NCBI GenBank assembly: GCA_031370645.1 | Contig: JANMQV010000039.1 | Span: 1 to 50,582 of the forward strand | Direction: 5' to 3' | Source: Candidatus Eiseniibacteriota bacterium | GTDB taxonomy: Bacteria > Eisenbacteria > RBG-16-71-46 > SZUA-252 | Length of the DNA: 50,582 nt | Shown: positions 1-8,082 of the stretch, in pieces | How the letters are laid out: each line of letters starts with the position of its first letter | Numbering within the stretch: position 1 is the first letter of the stretch | Notes under the pieces: model-generated | What the model saw: the letters and a program-made list of their open reading frames with translations, nothing else | Told to the model about the DNA's origin: nothing | Database searches by the model: none | Program-made: the position numbers and the translations under genes

Positions 1-871
1 TTCGAACAACGGTGTGAACCCCCAGGCACACTCGACCGGCGAGGAAGCGGCCATCACCGGCAGCCTCACCGCGGCTCCCGAGTTCACGAACGATGGACTC
101 TTTGACGATGCGGCGACGACGAACCTCGCCCCGGCGTTACGCGGCGCGCACCCGGCACCCGGTGCCGCCGACGTCGCGATCGAGCCCTTCTTTTTCTGGC
201 GCTCGATCACGCACCGCACGCGGAACTTCGAGTTCGCCTTCGCCGACACCGACACCGCCGGCATTCCGACCACGGCGGTCGTGACGCTTCGCCGCACGTT
301 CATCGGCACCTTCAACATCGTGCCGCGCGACTCGGCGAACCCGAATCTGCCGGACACCGAGCGCGTGATTCAGAAGCCGCTGGAAGACCGCTGGGTCCGC
401 CGGTTTCTCATGAAGCGGGTCCCTCTGATGCCGGGAAGTCGTCCCTTCTGGCGCCTTGCCGCCGCTTCGGCGATCGAGGTCACCTCGAAGAACGCGACGA
501 GCCGCATCACGAGCGTTCGAGTTCAGAGCGCCACGAAAGACACGACCCTGACCGATCCGGCGGCATTCATTCTCCTGCGCCGCACGCTTCGCTTCGCGTC
601 GAACGACACGGTGACGGTCACGGTCACGACACCGAGGACGGACGACGTCGTTCTCCTCTACCACCACGATCGGCGCGCGCGGCTGACGAACAACGGCGAC
701 GGAACCTACACCGGTAAATTCCCCGCGGGAGTCTTCTCGGGGTGGAGGCACTTCGGCGTGAACGCGCTCTCGAACGGGACGCTCTTCGATGACGCGGCTG
801 CCTACGACTCGAAGGCGTGGATCTTCCCGTACGTGTTGGTAGGCGGCCCGGACAGCGACTACTGGCCGTAG
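1..871 (+). CDS. Hypothetical exported/lipoprotein-like protein, 5'-truncated by the window edge
   Basis: Frame is open from position 2 (SNNGVNPQ...), so the GTG at 14 is probably internal. Protein-like, beta-rich composition; TAG at 869-871. Confidence 0.6.
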   Translation, partial: SNNGVNPQAHSTGEEAAITGSLTAAPEFTNDGLFDDAATTNLAPALRGAHPAPGAADVAIEPFFFWRSITHRTRNFEFAFADTDTAGIPTTAVVTLRRTFIGTFNIVPRDSANPNLPDTERVIQKPLEDRWVRRFLMKRVPLMPGSRPFWRLAAASAIEVTSKNATSRITSVRVQSATKDTTLTDPAAFILLRRTLRFASNDTVTVTVTTPRTDDVVLLYHHDRRARLTNNGDGTYTGKFPAGVFSGWRHFGVNALSNGTLFDDAAAYDSKAWIFPYVLVGGPDSDYWP

Positions 872-926
872 GGCGTGACGCCGTGGCAGAAACTCACCGG
901 CGATGGCAGAGAGGCTCCTGCTGAAA

Positions 927-2594
927 TTAAAAGCGGGACGACGTGAGCGTCACGTCCGCGCCCGCCCACGCCTTTTGGAATCTGGCTTCGGCCGCATCGG
1001 CGTCGGCTCGCCTCCCCTGTGCGCGGAGGGCATCCGCGAGACCGCGGAGCGACCATCCGTTCTCCGGAAAGCGCCTCAGATCTTCCCGATAGACCGCCTC
1101 CGCTTCGGCGGCGCGCCCCGCGCCGAGGTATACGGCGCCGAGCGACTGGCGGGCGGTCATGTTCCACTGCGGCGGCTCGTCGTACTGAAGCGAGTCCTGC
1201 ATCCCGGAAGCGCGCCCGAGTAGCGCGGTCGCTTCCTCCGCGCGTCCCGCCCTCGCCGCCAATTCGCCGTCGAGGAACGTGAGCGCGAAGCTCATGACGG
1301 CACGTCCCGTCGCGAGCCCCCAGTAAAGCCCGTCCGAATGTTCCGCGATCGCGGCGAGACTTTCTCGTTCGGCCGCAGCCTCCGCGGGGCGCCCCGTCGC
1401 GGCGTACGCCAAGCCGCGCGCAAACCGCCAGGCTCCGCTCGTTAGCCGGAGGTCGGCGGGCGGAGCCGGCTCATCGAGAATCTCGCCCCACTTGCCGAAT
1501 CGCGGCAGCGTCAAGAACGGCGCACCGGTGAAGAGCTCCATCGGCTGCATTTGGCGCGCCATGTCGAACGGAGCCTTTTCTTGAAGGAGACGGGAGGCAG
1601 CGATGGCGTCAGCGCTCCGGCCCATGGAGCAGAGCGCCGACCAGCGCATGTGAATGTTGTGATTCGCGTACATCATCGGATAGATGCCTTCGATCTTGTA
1701 ACGATCGATGTAGCCCTGATCCACGTCGATGGCGCGCTGGTTCTCGAGCGCGCCTTCTTCGTACCGGCCGATGCGGAGATAGATGTGCGTCGGCATGTGC
1801 ATCAAGTGTCCTGCCTCGGGGGAGAGTTTCCGGAGCCGGTCCGCGGCGGCTTCGGCGCGTTGCGGGTAAGGCGACGCCTCGAGCGTGTGGATGTAGAGAT
1901 GGAGCGCCCCGATGTGATTCGGCGCTCGCTTCATCGCCGCTTCGAGTCGCGAGACGATCTCAGTTGCGCCCAGTTTCGGCTCTCCGCCCGGAGTCCAGAG
2001 ATCCCAGGGCCTCAGATCCATCAACGCCTCGGCGCAGAGGACCGCGGCGTCGGCGTCCGCGGGATACTTCTTCACCAGCCCACGCATCGCATCGGCATAG
2101 GCGGAGTCGCGCCCCGCGCGGTTCTCACCCGCGGGCGCGGCGTAGCGCTTGGCGAGCGCATTCACGTAGTCGCGCTCCGCACGCGTCGCTTTCGCCATCC
2201 GAGCCCGCGCTTTCGCGAGCGCGTCGAGCGCGCGCTCCTCCGCCTCGGGCGACATCGGCATGTTGATATTCGGTCCAAGCGCGAGCGCGACACCCCACCA
2301 GGGCATCGCGGCGGTGGGGTCGGCGTGGGCGGCCGCCTCGAACGACCGAATGGCTTCGTCGTGATTGAAGGCGAAGCAGAGACCGAGGCCCTGGTCGAAG
2401 AGCCGCTGCGCGGTCGCCGAACGGGTCGCGATCTTGTGGGGAATCGCGACGCCGCGGAAGATGGGGACATTGCCCGTGGCGGCGGCGCGATCGGTGTCGT
2501 TCCCGTGTTGATGCTGCGCCGCGGCGGGCGAAACGGCCGCGGGAGAAACGACAGCCACTAGTATTCCCGCCGCGATGATCCATGCACGTTTCAC
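927..2594 (-). CDS. Secreted TPR-repeat protein with His-rich conserved segments
   Basis: Signal peptide MKRAWIIAAGILVAVV..AAA-Q, GGAGG RBS upstream, TPR-like helical repeats, motifs GALHLYIH, GHLMHMPTHIY and HNIH. Confidence 0.8.
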   Translation of the reverse strand: MKRAWIIAAGILVAVVSPAAVSPAAAQHQHGNDTDRAAATGNVPIFRGVAIPHKIATRSATAQRLFDQGLGLCFAFNHDEAIRSFEAAAHADPTAAMPWWGVALALGPNINMPMSPEAEERALDALAKARARMAKATRAERDYVNALAKRYAAPAGENRAGRDSAYADAMRGLVKKYPADADAAVLCAEALMDLRPWDLWTPGGEPKLGATEIVSRLEAAMKRAPNHIGALHLYIHTLEASPYPQRAEAAADRLRKLSPEAGHLMHMPTHIYLRIGRYEEGALENQRAIDVDQGYIDRYKIEGIYPMMYANHNIHMRWSALCSMGRSADAIAASRLLQEKAPFDMARQMQPMELFTGAPFLTLPRFGKWGEILDEPAPPADLRLTSGAWRFARGLAYAATGRPAEAAAERESLAAIAEHSDGLYWGLATGRAVMSFALTFLDGELAARAGRAEEATALLGRASGMQDSLQYDEPPQWNMTARQSLGAVYLGAGRAAEAEAVYREDLRRFPENGWSLRGLADALRAQGRRADADAAEARFQKAWAGADVTLTSSRF

Positions 2595-2693
2595 AGCGCA
2601 CCTCCTGTCTGAACGGCCAGCCTAGCAGGGGCGCCGACGATCCGCTATAGTGGCTGCGCCTCGATTTCTCATTCAAGGAGGAGCCCCGGTTCC

Positions 2694-3614
2694 GTGTCGG
2701 TCGCCCGTTCGTTTATCACCTGGCTCTCCAACCGCCGAACCTTCACCCGTGCCATCGGAAGCACCGGCATGCGGCTCGGGTTCGCGCGCCGCTTCATCGC
2801 GGGTGAGACCCTGGAGGACGCCCTCCGCGCGAGCGCCGAGCTCAACTCCAAGGGACTCCTCGTCATCCTGAACCAGTTGGGGGAGCACGTCGCCGACCGC
2901 GCGGCGGCGGAGGCGTCGTTCGCCTCCTACCAACGGATCCTCCGCGAGATCGACGCGAAGAAGCTGAACGCCTTCGTTACGGTGAAGCCGAGCCAGTTGG
3001 GACTCGGAATCGATCCGGCCCTCTGTCTCGATCTGACGCGGCGCCTTGTGGCCGACGCGGCCGCGCGGGGGAACTTCTTCGAAATCGACATGGAGGATTC
3101 GCCGACCGTGGACGCCACCCTGGCGCTCTACGAGGGGGTCCGCCGCGACTACGCCAACGTCGGGCTCGCGGTGCAGGCGTATCTCTTCCGCACCGAGGCC
3201 GACCTGAAGCGCCTCCAGCCCCTCCGGCCGAAGATCCGGCTCGTGAAGGGCGCCTACCTGGAACCATCCGACGTGGCGTTTCCCGCGAAGAGCGACGTCG
3301 ACGCGAATTTCATCAAGCTGATGCGGATTCTCTTCGCGGATGGATTCACTCCCGCGGTGGGGAGTCACGACGAGCGGATGATCGAGGCGGCGCGAGCGCT
3401 GGCCGCCGAGTTCCATCGTTCGCCCGACAGCTGGGAAGTTCAGATGCTCCACGGAATCCGGCGCGACCTCCAAGAGCAACTGGTGCGGGACGGCTACCGG
3501 ATGAGGGTCTACGTCACCTACGGCACCGAGTGGGTGCCTTATTTCATGCGACGGCTGGCCGAGCGTCCTGCGAACCTTGGATTCGTGATCAAGAGTCTGC
3601 TGAAGGGGCGCTGA
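2694..3614 (+). CDS. putB: Monofunctional proline dehydrogenase
   Basis: Motifs RFIAGE, IDMED, VQAYLFR, IRLVKGAY, SHD and YFMRRLAERPAN; AAGGAGGA RBS. Confidence 0.92.
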   Translation: MSVARSFITWLSNRRTFTRAIGSTGMRLGFARRFIAGETLEDALRASAELNSKGLLVILNQLGEHVADRAAAEASFASYQRILREIDAKKLNAFVTVKPSQLGLGIDPALCLDLTRRLVADAAARGNFFEIDMEDSPTVDATLALYEGVRRDYANVGLAVQAYLFRTEADLKRLQPLRPKIRLVKGAYLEPSDVAFPAKSDVDANFIKLMRILFADGFTPAVGSHDERMIEAARALAAEFHRSPDSWEVQMLHGIRRDLQEQLVRDGYRMRVYVTYGTEWVPYFMRRLAERPANLGFVIKSLLKGR

Positions 3615-3628
3615 GGAGGAGAAGCGTT

Positions 3629-4087
3629 ATGGGCGAGGCAAAACGAATCGCGGAGCAGCACCGACGAGCCTATCACGGTGAAGCCTGGCATGGACCCTCC
3701 GTCTTCGAGACGCTCCGCGGGGTGACCGCGGCAGCCGCCGCGAAGCGCCCGATCGCCCAAGCGCACACGATCTGGGAGTTGGTTCTCCACCTGACCTCGT
3801 GGGAGCGGATCGTTTGCTCGCGCGTGGAAGGGGAGGTGATCGAGGATTCCCGGGCTCTCGATTGGCCCGCCATGCCGCGGCCCACCGCGACGGCCTGGAG
3901 GGAGGCCCGCGCCGCCCTCGAAGCGGCAGCCGATGAACTTAGGATGGCCATCGCTCGCATGACCGACCGAAAACTTCAGACCAAGCGGGCCGGTGCCACC
4001 CGGACCTATTACGACCTCGTGCATGGGCAAGTCCAACACGCTCTCTACCACGCCGGCCAGATCGCGCTGCTGCGGAAGGGCCGCTGA
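3629..4087 (+). CDS. DinB family protein
   Basis: ATG at 3629 after GAGGAG. Motifs AWHGPS, HTIWELVLH and QHALYHAGQI (His triad). Confidence 0.85.
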   Translation: MGEAKRIAEQHRRAYHGEAWHGPSVFETLRGVTAAAAAKRPIAQAHTIWELVLHLTSWERIVCSRVEGEVIEDSRALDWPAMPRPTATAWREARAALEAAADELRMAIARMTDRKLQTKRAGATRTYYDLVHGQVQHALYHAGQIALLRKGR

Positions 4088-4167
4088 TCTAAGCCCTTGC
4101 TATTGAAGCGTATCTAGGCTATTGTGGAGTGGTCGCCGTGGAGGTCGGACCAGCCTAACGAGAGCCC

Positions 4168-5046
4168 ATGAACAGCGCTAAGATCAGAACAACCACGACG
4201 ACCACCCCGCAACACATCCTCGCCCTTCACTGGATCCTCCGCATCGCCTTCGTCATGGATTTCATCGGCCATGGCACGTACGGATTCCTCCAGAAGGTGA
4301 GCTTCACGAGGTATCTCGGCTTCGTTGGAATCCCTCCGGAGATTGGCATTCACTACCTACCGGTCATCGGAACGCACGACTACATCCTAGCGCTCAGCGT
4401 CCTGTTCGTGCCGACGCGCGGCGTGCTCCTGTGGGGCGCCATCTGGGGTCTCTGGACGGCGCTCCTTCGGCCGTTCACGGGAGAATCGTGGTGGGAGGTG
4501 CTCGACCGCGGCGGAAATTACGGCATGCCATTCGCCCTCCTCCTTCTCGCCGGATTTCCTCGGACGGGGAAGGAGTGGTTCGCGAGGATCCGCAACTGGT
4601 CGCTGCCTCCCGCTCGCGTAAACGCCTTCGCCTGGACCCTTCGAATCGCGACGGGGTTCCTTCTGATCGGCCACGGAGGGTACGGTGCGTTCGTCCCGAA
4701 GGCGGTTCTGCTGAAGCACTGGGCGGCCATCGGCGTGGGCCCCGACATCTTCGGCCCGGGGATGCTCCTCCCGGTCATCGGCTGGTTCGAGATCGCGCTC
4801 GGCGTCGCCACACTGATCCGGCCGCTTCCGTTCTTGCTCTTCTTCATCTTCGCCTGGAAGGTGGGTACCGAAATGCTCTACCCGATCAGCGGGCAACCGG
4901 CGCTCCATCCGATCTTCGAGTTCATCGAGCGCGGCGGCGCCTACGCCTGCCCGCTCGCGCTGGCGCTGCTGCTGCACTGGCGGTCTCAGGACGCTCTCGC
5001 TTCTCCGGCATCGGGGGCGGCCGTGCCCGTCGCGAGCCGGGCATGA
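4168..5046 (+). CDS. Polytopic membrane protein made of two DoxX-like repeats
   Basis: About 8 hydrophobic segments. Each half contains W.LRIA....IGHG.YG, LPVIG and (D/E)RGG.Y..P.ALL. Confidence 0.75.
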   Translation: MNSAKIRTTTTTTPQHILALHWILRIAFVMDFIGHGTYGFLQKVSFTRYLGFVGIPPEIGIHYLPVIGTHDYILALSVLFVPTRGVLLWGAIWGLWTALLRPFTGESWWEVLDRGGNYGMPFALLLLAGFPRTGKEWFARIRNWSLPPARVNAFAWTLRIATGFLLIGHGGYGAFVPKAVLLKHWAAIGVGPDIFGPGMLLPVIGWFEIALGVATLIRPLPFLLFFIFAWKVGTEMLYPISGQPALHPIFEFIERGGAYACPLALALLLHWRSQDALASPASGAAVPVASRA

Positions 5047-5744
5047 GGCGCCTCGCGCTTCTGGGCGCTCTCGCGTTGCTCGTCGTCATCGCCTGCGCCG
5101 CGCCTGCGCCACGAGTTTCGGCAGACGCCGGAGCCGCCGCCGCCAAGCCCGATAGCGCCGCCGCCAAGGCTGATAGCGCGGCCGCCAAGCGCAACACGGT
5201 TGAGGTGCCGACACCTCCCGATTCCGTGCTCGTCGGCCTCCTTCGGCAGGGGAACTTCGTTCTCCTCTTCCGCCACGCCGCCACCGACTGGGCTCAGCGC
5301 GACGCCGACATCGCGAATTTCGCGGATCGGACCGCGCAGCGGAACTTGAGCGCAGTAGGGCGCGCCCAGGCCGATTCGATCGGCAAGGCGGTGAAATCGC
5401 TTGGGCTCCCTGTCGGCGCCGTGCACGCGAGTCCCATGTTCCGCTGCCGCGACACCGCGGAGATCGCCTTCGGGCACGCCGACACCACGATCCACCTGTT
5501 CGTGAAATCGAAGGCGAGCCGGGACGCCCGCGTGAAGTGGCTCAGCACGCCGCTCACCGACGGCGCGCTCTTGGTCCTCATCACGCACCAAGACCCCTTC
5601 ATTCCGCTCTTCCGTTTCCAGCGCGATCAATTGAAGGAAGCGGACGCGCTTCTCATTCGCCCGGACGGAAGCGACAAGTGGACCCTCATGGCGCAGATCT
5701 CGCCGTCGGATTGGGCGCGGCTCGCCTCGCGCTTCGGCAAGTGA
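5043..5744 (+). CDS. Histidine phosphatase superfamily protein, probable lipoprotein
   Basis: ATG overlaps the upstream stop (ATGA). Signal with lipobox VIAC; motifs FRHA, SPMFRCRDTA and ITHQ. Confidence 0.8.
   Translation: MRRLALLGALALLVVIACAAPAPRVSADAGAAAAKPDSAAAKADSAAAKRNTVEVPTPPDSVLVGLLRQGNFVLLFRHAATDWAQRDADIANFADRTAQRNLSAVGRAQADSIGKAVKSLGLPVGAVHASPMFRCRDTAEIAFGHADTTIHLFVKSKASRDARVKWLSTPLTDGALLVLITHQDPFIPLFRFQRDQLKEADALLIRPDGSDKWTLMAQISPSDWARLASRFGK
5136..5189 (+). repeat. 21-bp tandem repeat (about 2.5 copies) encoding an AAAK(P/A)DS linker
   Basis: gccgccgccaagcccgatagc / gccgccgccaaggctgatagc / gcggccgccaag. Confidence 0.85.
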
Positions 5745-6229
5745 AGACGGCCGGCGCCGCGATCGACGCGCTCCTCGCTTCCCTCGAAGCCCGGAAGTCG
5801 GCGCGGGAGTCGCTTCAGACACTGTTGCAGGCCGCCGTCCGAGGACTCCACGAGAGCGACGATCGTTTCGACTGGACGGGAATCTACGAACTCGGCTCCG
5901 ACGGGATGCTCCACCTCGGTCCCTACGAAGGCGAGGCGACGGAGCACACGACCATCCCCGTGGGCCGCGGGATCTGCGGAACCGCCGTGGCGGAGAAACG
6001 GGATCTCAACATCCCCGACGTACGGGAAGTCGGTAACTACCTCGCTTGCTCCTTGAAGACGCGCTCCGAGCTCGTGGTCTTGATCCGTGACGGAGAGACG
6101 ATCTTCGCGCAGATCGATGTCGACAGCCATCTGGTGAACGCGTTCGACGCCGCCGCGACGAGCGCGGTCGAGCGGCTCGCCGCGTGGTTGTCGCGCGCCT
6201 ACGCCGCGGCCCGCGCCGAAACCCCCTAG
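5741..6229 (+). CDS. GAF-domain protein, free methionine-R-sulfoxide reductase (MsrC/fRMsr)-like
   Basis: GTG overlaps the upstream stop. Motifs FDWTGIY, GRGICGTA, NYLACSLKTRSELVV and IDVDS. Confidence 0.8.
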   Translation: MKTAGAAIDALLASLEARKSARESLQTLLQAAVRGLHESDDRFDWTGIYELGSDGMLHLGPYEGEATEHTTIPVGRGICGTAVAEKRDLNIPDVREVGNYLACSLKTRSELVVLIRDGETIFAQIDVDSHLVNAFDAAATSAVERLAAWLSRAYAAARAETP

Positions 6230-6236
6230 TCCCTTC

Positions 6237-6923
6237 CTACCGAAGCGAAAACCACGCCTTCCTCGCGAGGGGCGCCGACTCGTGCCCGATCAGGAACGCG
6301 CTCTCGGCCGGGATGTTTCCGACGTAGAGCCGCGGCTCGGGGGCATCGGGGGCGACGTCGAAGACGAGAATCGTCTCGTACGACCCACCGGGACGAAGCG
6401 GCTCGGTCATCGGCGTATTCGCGCGGCCCGCGGCCGCGAGTGCCGCCGCCGCGCCGGGGAGCGCGTGGTAGCGATGGCCGTTCCCGTCCCGGAGAAAGAC
6501 GTCGCGCGGACTCGGCCAGAGCGGCACGTCGAGCGGCCGGCGCGAGGAGATCGTCGAAGGGTCGAACCAGATCTTCATCGTGACCACGAGAAACGAACCG
6601 TTCGCCGGCCGCGGGCCCGTGGCGCCGAGCGACGTCATCCGCTCCACGCGCGCCACGGAGTAGGCGAGGTGGCAGTCGATCTCGCAAAAGACCTTCGTCT
6701 CGCCCGGCACGAGGATCTCCTCGTGCGACCCGAGCACGGCGGCGCCCCAGACGAGCGCGTAGACGCCGGCCACGGCCGCGGCGGCGCAGGCGCATCCGAC
6801 GGCGAGACGTGTTCGCTTGGAGAGCGCTCCGAAGAGAGCGCCCGCCAGCGTGGCGGCGAGGAGAAGTGCCGCGCCGAGGAAGGCGAGCGTCACGATCGGG
6901 GCGTACGGCGGCACATGGACCAT
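6237..6923 (-). CDS. Membrane-anchored hypothetical protein (2 TM plus extracytoplasmic beta-rich domain, CEIDCH motif)
   Basis: ATG at 6923 preceded by AAGGAG. Two hydrophobic helices separated by SKRTR; C-terminus resembles DUF4352-type Ig domains (LRPGGSYETILVFDV). Confidence 0.7.
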   Translation of the reverse strand: MVHVPPYAPIVTLAFLGAALLLAATLAGALFGALSKRTRLAVGCACAAAAVAGVYALVWGAAVLGSHEEILVPGETKVFCEIDCHLAYSVARVERMTSLGATGPRPANGSFLVVTMKIWFDPSTISSRRPLDVPLWPSPRDVFLRDGNGHRYHALPGAAAALAAAGRANTPMTEPLRPGGSYETILVFDVAPDAPEPRLYVGNIPAESAFLIGHESAPLARKAWFSLR

Positions 6924-6943
6924 GGGGTGGCTCCTTTGATTCG

Positions 6944-6962
6944 TACTTTGCAACGCAAAGTA
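6944..6962. promoter_or_regulatory. Palindromic operator TACTTTGC-N3-GCAAAGTA
   Basis: Perfect 8-bp inverted repeat between the wHTH gene and the next gene; degenerate second copy at 8005-8023. Confidence 0.7.
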
Positions 6963-6982
6963 TCCGGATCGAGAAAAAGCGG

Positions 6983-7372
6983 CTACGACCTCGCCCAGCG
7001 GATCACCGCGGCGAGATGCTCGAGATGCCGTTCGAGTGCGCGCCGCCCCTCAGCGGTCAGGCGATACTCGCTTCGCGGCACTCGATTCTCGAACGACTTC
7101 CGGCAGGAGAGATAACCCGCCTCCTCGAGCTTTCGAGCGTGCACCGAGAGATTCCCGTCGGTCAGCCCGAGCAATTCCCTGAGGTCATGAAACGTGAGCA
7201 CCTCGTTGACGGCAAGCGCGCTCACGATGCCGAGCCGTGCGCGCTCGTGAATAATCTTGTCGAGGGAACCGAGCCCTTCCGGCGCCGCAGAGCCGCGTCC
7301 GCGCGGTTCGGGCTTCCCATCGCGTGCCTCCGCACCGCTCTTCCCGCGCGCTCTCGCTCGGTCAGCCACCAT
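6983..7372 (-). CDS. Winged-helix transcriptional regulator (HTH_34/MarR-like)
   Basis: LDKIIHERARLGIVSAL..TFHDLRELLGLTDGNLSVHARKLEEAGY..YRLTAEGR. Confidence 0.9.
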   Translation of the reverse strand: MVADRARARGKSGAEARDGKPEPRGRGSAAPEGLGSLDKIIHERARLGIVSALAVNEVLTFHDLRELLGLTDGNLSVHARKLEEAGYLSCRKSFENRVPRSEYRLTAEGRRALERHLEHLAAVIRWARS

Positions 7373-7964
7373 GCCTCCGCGCGATCACGAGGCCGAACGC
7401 GATTTGAAGAAGCCCGAAACCGAGCGCGAGATAGGCGTTTCCCCACGTGGCGGGGGAGGCGAGCGCAATCGCGCCGAGGGCGAAAAACGAGAAACCAAGT
7501 GTCGGGATGAGCGGGATCGACTGCGCTCCCGCGGTGAGTACCGCGCTTCCATAAAGGAGAAGCCAGACGCCGGGCAGGATGGCCGTTTGCCCCCGAGCCG
7601 CCAGCGCGGCCGTGAGAAGGGCTCCGACCGCGATCGGGGCGCCGAGCGTGAGGAAGAAGCGGCGCGCCACGCCCCCACGCAACGGGACCCCCGAGTGCCA
7701 CGCCTTCCACGCGAGTGTCGAGGCGCCGATCGCGAATCCGGCCACCGCCGCGCAGAGCCAGATCAGAAGCCACGAACCCGAGTCCCGGGACGATCGGGCG
7801 ATCCCGGCCGCCAGAAGGGCCACGCATCCCATCCCGACGCCGCCCCAGCCGGGGACGGCGGTGAAGGAGCCGGCTCGCTCCATGGCCGTTCGGATGACGC
7901 GGAGATGCTCGTCGGCGCCTCCGGCGAGGGGCCGGGGCGCGTTCTTCTGTTGGGGGCGACTCAT
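7362..7964 (-). CDS. Polytopic membrane protein (about 6 TM) coupled to the wHTH regulator
   Basis: ADEHLRVIRTAMERA followed by hydrophobic helices ending GFGLLQIAFG; stop overlaps the regulator start. Start could alternatively be 7979. Confidence 0.8.
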   Translation of the reverse strand: MSRPQQKNAPRPLAGGADEHLRVIRTAMERAGSFTAVPGWGGVGMGCVALLAAGIARSSRDSGSWLLIWLCAAVAGFAIGASTLAWKAWHSGVPLRGGVARRFFLTLGAPIAVGALLTAALAARGQTAILPGVWLLLYGSAVLTAGAQSIPLIPTLGFSFFALGAIALASPATWGNAYLALGFGLLQIAFGLVIARRHGG

Positions 7965-8004
7965 GTCGTAAGGAATCATCGGCCGGCTCGAGGGTTTGGT
8001 CAAG

Positions 8005-8023
8005 TACTTTTTATTGCAAAGTC
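8005..8023. promoter_or_regulatory. Second operator copy TACTTTTT-N3-GCAAAGTC in the divergent promoter region
   Basis: Matches the 6944-6962 palindrome and is AT-rich in a GC-rich background. Confidence 0.6.
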
Positions 8024-8082
8024 CACCACCCCCGCCAACCCGTTTGGTCACACAATTCCGGGCCGCGTGTATCATGCGAGGA

